Positions 53,179-58,198 of a stretch of 58,198 bases of DNA are shown here, piece after piece (the first letter of the stretch is position 1; the number at the start of each line of letters is the position of its first letter). The stretch is from IMG/VR virus record IMGVR_UViG_3300025723_000042, positions 1-58,198 of that record. One strand, written 5' to 3'. The stretch is from a virus. Lineage: Duplodnaviria > Caudoviricetes. The notes beneath the pieces are model-generated. The model was not told where the DNA came from. It did not search any database and worked only from the letters and a program-made list of their open reading frames with translations. The position numbers and the translations under genes are program-made.

Positions 53179-55590
53179 TTAACCTTCTCCCCAGCCATCG
53201 TTAGGTATGTTTTTAGCACCTTCCTCTGGAGATAATTGTGTTTGTATTTTTCCAACGGCATCTGTTATTAATTTAGAACCATCATCAAATATTTGTAAGC
53301 TAGAACCATCTGTAAATTTTGTAATAAGGTCACTAGCGGCTTTAAGTGGTGATGCTTGTTGTGGAGTAAGTTCAGGTGCTTGAGATTCAAACAATGGTCT
53401 ACGATTACCTGTGAGTGTTTGTATAAACTCTCCGCCTTTAAATGTACTAACAACGTTTGTAACTCTATAAAGACCACTAAATTGCATTACAGGAGCAGTT
53501 TGGCTCTTAGGCCCAAAGTCATAAAGTCCGGTTGTTTGATTAATATCAATAGGAGTTCTAAAATTAACCATAACATCCACTTCGCCGTTTTGATAACTTA
53601 CACTTCCGTCAAGATTTAAATTATAATATTTTGTAGGCTGTGATGTATAATTTCCCATACCGCTTTGAGCAATCCAATATGGATCGCCTAGGATCTCTAA
53701 ATTAAGATCCGTCATGTCCGCACCGTGTGTTAGCGAATCATGAAAAGCTCTGGCAGCTCTGGTATCTTTTGTTTCAACACCGCCGCCGCCTAGTTTATCT
53801 GTGCCAGCAAGAGTTTTAACAAATCTCACAATAGTATTTCCTACACCAGGTGTGCCGTCTGGCAACTGACCTTTACCCGCTTGATTAACATTTGGCTCTG
53901 GTTTTTGATCATTGGCGGCGCCTGAGTCTCTAGCTAGTTTACTATCCTGACTGAAATTGCCCCCGTCAGGTGGAAGAGCTTTAAAGAAATTACTGTTATA
54001 ATTAATTTTAAAACTTTTTATATCAACGTTCTTACCAGTAAAAATATAATCATATTGTTTTACTGCTTGAAGTTTTAATTGCGAATAAGGAGGTTTTACG
54101 TTAACTGGTAAATGACCCGAACTTATATGAGCACTATATTCAATCACTCTGTAAACTAATAATCGAGGTTTCATACCAGTGACTTTACTAGTTGGCCCTG
54201 TATAGTAAACTTGTGTGTCTACTTTAAACCAGCCACGATAACCTTCGGCTGTAATGTTAGCTGGATCAAATGCCGATACAATATAATTACTGTTTATTAT
54301 AACTTGATTTATAGCGTTAACTATATCAGTATCTTGTCTAAATTTAAAATCACTTTCGTTTGGGTTGATTGTGTTTTGTGTTCTATCATTAATTTTTGTA
54401 TCGGGATTATAAACAACGTTTTCTTTACCCACTGGAGTTGACGCTTTACGTTTTTCATCAAACCCCATTCGACTATTTCCAATAGAGTTCACTGTAGCGG
54501 CATCTTGTATTAGTTGTCCGCTAGTAGAATCTCTACCTAAACCCAATTTAGTATATAAAGAATTAACAGCATCACCGCTTGAATCTACAGTAGCGGCTAT
54601 GTTAGCTTCAATCTCTGCGAAAGAAGATTTAGTAGCACCATACGAACTTATATCTTTAGGAAATATAATTACTATTTCGTCAGCTTTTTCTATTCCGTTT
54701 GTACGTTGGATATCTCGAAGTTTAGTGTTTAAAGAAACTTGTAAACTTTTTGGTCCGCTTTGTAACATCTCTCGGACACTTGTTCCTTTGGCGGCCATGT
54801 CGCTTTTAAATTTAGAGTTAATATCTGACAATGCTTCTTGATTTACTGGTACACCTTTAATTTTATAAACAGCGCCTTGAGCGTCTACTGACATATCTAC
54901 GTCTGTAATTTTAAAAGGAATGTATCTACTTGAGCTAGGAATTTTAACAATTTGTCCTGTTTCAGTATTGCCTCTAAAATCTATTGCTAACAAAAACGGT
55001 ACACAGGATCTCCAGCTTACTGGTTTTCCATCAGTGGATAAAGAATTAGCTAGCTGTTGTATAGCTAACAATAACATACCCATGCTGTAAGGTTCAATTA
55101 CTGTAAATTCAATGTCGGTAACGTTAGTATTATGACCTTCTTCGTAACCAATTTGCTGTTGTAATTTAAGATCATCTACGTAAAAATCAAATTGGCCATA
55201 TGCTGTGGAAGCTCTATTTTCAGGTTCCGCATTGGCGCTTTTCATTAGCAAAGGAAATTTTTGTCCTGCTCTATATGTAGTGTCGGGATTGTGATAAAAA
55301 CTGTCTGGCAATATTCCTATACTAATACTATAAGTGTAACTAGCATAATCAAATAAAGCATTAGGTAATGGCAACTGAACATTAACAGTTGGAGCAAACA
55401 CTCGCTCAACAGTATTAAGTATTCCGCCGAGACCGTCCGTCACGGCAGCAAGTCCACTGGCAAGTCCACCTGTGATTGCTGAAATAGAAGGCAATCCGCC
55501 TTCTATAGTTTTTTCAACTTGTGTAATAGCAGAGCCAACACTATTTTCTACTTTGGATACTATTGCGCCTGCGTCATCAAACAATCCCAT
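53179..55590 (-). CDS. putative baseplate hub protein (gp27/gpD-like)
   Basis: Lies upstream of the spike; LEILGDPYWI and FSGLYRVTNVVSTFKGGEFIQTL hub-like C-terminus. Confidence 0.6.
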   Translation of the reverse strand: MGLFDDAGAIVSKVENSVGSAITQVEKTIEGGLPSISAITGGLASGLAAVTDGLGGILNTVERVFAPTVNVQLPLPNALFDYASYTYSISIGILPDSFYHNPDTTYRAGQKFPLLMKSANAEPENRASTAYGQFDFYVDDLKLQQQIGYEEGHNTNVTDIEFTVIEPYSMGMLLLAIQQLANSLSTDGKPVSWRSCVPFLLAIDFRGNTETGQIVKIPSSSRYIPFKITDVDMSVDAQGAVYKIKGVPVNQEALSDINSKFKSDMAAKGTSVREMLQSGPKSLQVSLNTKLRDIQRTNGIEKADEIVIIFPKDISSYGATKSSFAEIEANIAATVDSSGDAVNSLYTKLGLGRDSTSGQLIQDAATVNSIGNSRMGFDEKRKASTPVGKENVVYNPDTKINDRTQNTINPNESDFKFRQDTDIVNAINQVIINSNYIVSAFDPANITAEGYRGWFKVDTQVYYTGPTSKVTGMKPRLLVYRVIEYSAHISSGHLPVNVKPPYSQLKLQAVKQYDYIFTGKNVDIKSFKINYNSNFFKALPPDGGNFSQDSKLARDSGAANDQKPEPNVNQAGKGQLPDGTPGVGNTIVRFVKTLAGTDKLGGGGVETKDTRAARAFHDSLTHGADMTDLNLEILGDPYWIAQSGMGNYTSQPTKYYNLNLDGSVSYQNGEVDVMVNFRTPIDINQTTGLYDFGPKSQTAPVMQFSGLYRVTNVVSTFKGGEFIQTLTGNRRPLFESQAPELTPQQASPLKAASDLITKFTDGSSLQIFDDGSKLITDAVGKIQTQLSPEEGAKNIPNDGWGEG

Positions 55591-55591
55591 T

Positions 55592-55894
55592 TTATAATCC
55601 TAACACTGATTTTAATTTACTATTTTTTGGAATATAAATTTGTACACCTGGTACGAAGTCGAGAATAGGATCTTGTATAACATCCATATTACGCTGGGTG
55701 AACACCCACCATAAGTTAACATCACCATACAAGTCGAATGCTAACAAATCTGGACGATATGTATATTGTGGTTGTATGGTATATAAGAAATCATCGTTCT
55801 CTGCTGGAACTGGTCTTATCTTAAATGTATCTAAATAATTTTGTCTTGTTCCAGTATTGAACCAAGGACTAGTAGTTTTGTATGTGGCTGCCAT
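55592..55894 (-). CDS. baseplate wedge protein (gp53/LysM-like)
   Basis: YTI...YRPDLLAFDLYG...LWWVF..RN...DPI.DF.PG..I.IP; ATG 55894. Confidence 0.75.
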   Translation of the reverse strand: MAATYKTTSPWFNTGTRQNYLDTFKIRPVPAENDDFLYTIQPQYTYRPDLLAFDLYGDVNLWWVFTQRNMDVIQDPILDFVPGVQIYIPKNSKLKSVLGL

Positions 55895-55895
55895 A

Positions 55896-56885
55896 TTAGA
55901 TATATCCAAAACTATTATTAAGATATCCGCCTTGAACAAATCTATCAAGACTAAAGTTCTTAGCACTATTTCTACTGTACATTGGCATTAGTTTAACTGT
56001 GAATTCACTCTTAGTAGGAACGTGACTTACACCGCCACTAGTAGTACCGCCAACCCCAAACGATCCTAACACTCCGGCTACATTACCAATACCGGATGCT
56101 AAGTTACTTACCGTACTTGTAATATCGCCAAGTCCAGGAATGGCTCCGCCTAATGCGCCTGCTAGTCCGCCAATACCCGACGCAACTCCTTGGACTGCTC
56201 CTGCGGCACTGCCTACTACGTTAACACCAATATAATCACAATCTTTGTTTAGTGTTGTACTGAAACTTGTAACAACTACTGGCACATTCTTGAATACATA
56301 ATTTCCGTAACCATTTAACATAACGATTGGAGGAGGATTGCCGGCCTTTGGATCAGATCCAGTCCACATTTTGGTAAGACTTCTTAAATAATGTGCCGCC
56401 GCAATCCAGTATAATCCTTGTGTAGCATCTTCAACGTTCATAGGAGCAGTAATTGTTATCTCTCCCGGATCACTATGTTGAAAAGCATGGAACGTATAAT
56501 TGGAATGAACGGTATTTAACTTTGTATAGGTAGCTGTACTAGCCATGGTAATAGTCGGAGTATACGGAAATATTAATCCACCGGCATCTTTCAAAGGTGC
56601 TAGCACAGGACTAGTTTTAAAACTGGTCCAATTAGCCAGGCTTAATCTTACACGCCAATCGTTAGCATTAGCATCACCGCCAAAGCTGGCTACAGCACTA
56701 ACTATATCCCCAACAGCTTCTCCAGCGGCTGGTAAATCGATTGAACGCAACGCACCAGCAACTCCGCCGTTGGCGTATCCAGCTGATAATGCTCCTGCTA
56801 GGTTACTAGCCGTATTAATGGCGCTGGTTCCAGCACCAATCAAATTTTGTGAAGCTGTAAGCGTTTGTGTTAAGTCGAATGACAT
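55896..56885 (-). CDS. putative tail-tube initiator / baseplate protein
   Basis: DWRVRLSL, LIFPYTPTI, GNPPPIV.L.GYG...NVPVVV.SF; lies before the gp53-like gene. Confidence 0.55.
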   Translation of the reverse strand: MSFDLTQTLTASQNLIGAGTSAINTASNLAGALSAGYANGGVAGALRSIDLPAAGEAVGDIVSAVASFGGDANANDWRVRLSLANWTSFKTSPVLAPLKDAGGLIFPYTPTITMASTATYTKLNTVHSNYTFHAFQHSDPGEITITAPMNVEDATQGLYWIAAAHYLRSLTKMWTGSDPKAGNPPPIVMLNGYGNYVFKNVPVVVTSFSTTLNKDCDYIGVNVVGSAAGAVQGVASGIGGLAGALGGAIPGLGDITSTVSNLASGIGNVAGVLGSFGVGGTTSGGVSHVPTKSEFTVKLMPMYSRNSAKNFSLDRFVQGGYLNNSFGYI

Positions 56886-56906
56886 ATAATACCTCTTTTG
56901 GTATAA

Positions 56907-56939
56907 TATTTAGTTGACTTTATAAAGTGCGTAGTTTAT
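56907..56939 (-). promoter_or_regulatory. bipartite late-promoter-like element heading the baseplate operon
   Basis: Minus strand: ATAAACTACGCAC-N14-TAAATA. Confidence 0.6.
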
Positions 56940-56942
56940 AAT
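56914..56942 (+). promoter_or_regulatory. sigma70-type promoter of gp55
   Basis: TTGACT(56914-56919)-17 nt-TATAAT(56937-56942). Confidence 0.7.
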
Positions 56943-56965
56943 TACATATTAGAGGACTCTTAAGG

Positions 56966-57793
56966 ATGACAGCAAAAGTAAATTACTTGAACAACAAAGA
57001 TATGTTAGCGGAAATACACAAATCCAAAAGCAGTTATTGTGTGTTTACCCAACCAGAATATCACCAATATGACATCATATTGCCCAGTGTAGACAAAATA
57101 AACATTAGAAGCATAGCAGAAGCCAAACGTAACAGGGCTAAACGAATGGGTGATCAAGACTACGCTCGCCGTAAAGCAAGCGGTGAAAAAATCAAACAAG
57201 CAGACTGCGAAGTTGATTATAAAAAGATAGCAAAAACGGATGTTATCTTTAGAATTATGAGTTTTGATCATATTCCGTTAAACAATACACGTAAAAAGAA
57301 TCCTAAGAGTCTAGCAGATCACCGCGATAAAGTTAACTTTCCTCCTTTCCAACATTGGAAATTTGACGAAGAAGATAATCTTATATGTGTGGGCAAAAGT
57401 CATTGGAAGGGCGATTTAGAAAAAGGTCACTTTGATAAAGATGCTGGCCAAATAACTAACACCTTAGCTAGAATGATGTTAAAATTATGTGAGAGATACG
57501 CTACTCGCGGTAACGTGCGTGGCTACACATATAATGATGAAATGAAGGGTCAGGCTATTTTACAGTTAACACAAATAGGACTACAATTTGATGAATCAAA
57601 ATCTGATAACCCGTTTGCTTATTTTACTGCCGCGGTTACTAATAGTTTTGTTCGTGTTATTAATATTGAGAAACGTAATCAAAATATTCGAGATGACATC
57701 TTAGAAATTAACGGTATGAACCCAAGTTATTCAAGAACTGGTGCTGGTGAACATGCAGCCGCACTAAAACGAAACGAGGAAGCTAGTGAGTAA
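56966..57793 (+). CDS. gp55: late transcription sigma factor (T4 gp55-like)
   Basis: NYLNNKDML, GYTYNDEMKG.A, FDESKSDNPFAYFT....NSF.R.I..EK; followed by gp47 as in T4-like phages. Confidence 0.85.
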   Translation: MTAKVNYLNNKDMLAEIHKSKSSYCVFTQPEYHQYDIILPSVDKINIRSIAEAKRNRAKRMGDQDYARRKASGEKIKQADCEVDYKKIAKTDVIFRIMSFDHIPLNNTRKKNPKSLADHRDKVNFPPFQHWKFDEEDNLICVGKSHWKGDLEKGHFDKDAGQITNTLARMMLKLCERYATRGNVRGYTYNDEMKGQAILQLTQIGLQFDESKSDNPFAYFTAAVTNSFVRVINIEKRNQNIRDDILEINGMNPSYSRTGAGEHAAALKRNEEASE

Positions 57794-58198
57794 TTTATTT
57801 AAAAAAGTAGCTTGTTTTACAGACATCCATTTTGGATTAAAGTCTAACAGTAGTGTTCACAATCAGGATTGTGAAGACTTTGTAGACTGGTATATTGCTA
57901 AAGCTAAGGAGGAAGGTTGTGATACAGGTATCTTTATGGGTGATTGGCATCATAACCGCAATAGCCTTAACATTACTACAATGGATTATAGCCTTAGGGC
58001 CTTGGAAAAACTGGGTCAGGCGTTTGACAACTTCTATTTCTTTCCTGGTAATCATGATTTGTATTACAAAGACAAACGGGACATACACTCTGTGGAGTTT
58101 GGAAAGTATATACCTGGTATCACTGTGGTACATGAGCCTACTACTATTGGAGATGTCACTCTTTGTCCGTGGCTTGTAAGTGAAGAGTGGAAAACAGT
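57786..58198 (+). CDS. gp47: recombination endonuclease subunit (gp47/Mre11/SbcD-like), 3' truncated
   Basis: GTG 57786: MSNLFKKVACFTDIHFG...FMGDWHH...PGNHD metallophosphoesterase motifs. Not in the ORF track. Confidence 0.9.
   Translation, partial: MSNLFKKVACFTDIHFGLKSNSSVHNQDCEDFVDWYIAKAKEEGCDTGIFMGDWHHNRNSLNITTMDYSLRALEKLGQAFDNFYFFPGNHDLYYKDKRDIHSVEFGKYIPGITVVHEPTTIGDVTLCPWLVSEEWKT

Noticed and set aside
514-57271. Numerous short antisense or alternate-frame ORFs in the track
   Set aside because: They are nested in well-supported genes and show no recognisable motifs.
57837-58179. ORF-track entries 57837..58133 (-) and 57895..58179 (+)
   Set aside because: Shadow frames of the gp47-like gene that starts at 57786.
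1-58198. tRNA, rRNA, integrase or introns
   Set aside because: None recognised by eye; intergenic gaps are short and key genes (thyX, folE, rnh) are uninterrupted. tRNAscan/Infernal would be needed to be certain.

Overview
This is a 58-kb segment of a large T4-like (contractile-tailed) dsDNA bacteriophage genome. It is AT-rich and gene-dense, with Shine-Dalgarno sites and sigma70-type promoters. It falls into three blocks. (1) 1-15.7 kb, + strand: DNA modification and nucleotide metabolism. A 7-deazaguanine cluster (QueD-like T-fold protein with an LxxxHRHxF motif, FolE, QueE) is interleaved with a GT-B glycosyltransferase, a cupin, a purine phosphoribosyltransferase and a putative PD-(D/E)XK nuclease, followed by an RNase H/5'-3' exonuclease, a GIY-YIG homing endonuclease, a MoxR AAA+/vWA-metallopeptidase pair and ThyX. 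(2) 15.6-56.9 kb, - strand: baseplate and tail module (gp5/gp25/gp6-like genes, a 5181-aa giant protein, four paralogous tail fibres). A peptidase-U32-type Fe-S enzyme cassette is embedded among the fibres, and a six-gene operon with four glycosyltransferases lies at the distal end. (3) >56.9 kb, + strand: gp55 late sigma factor and the start of gp47. The most notable candidates are an extended 7-deazaguanine modification pathway, the U32 enzyme coupled to a tail fibre, the glycosyltransferase operon, and a bipartite late-promoter motif (ATAAACTACGCAC-N14-TAAATA) that overlaps the promoter of an enlarged gp55. All product calls come from motif recognition by eye; no database search was run.
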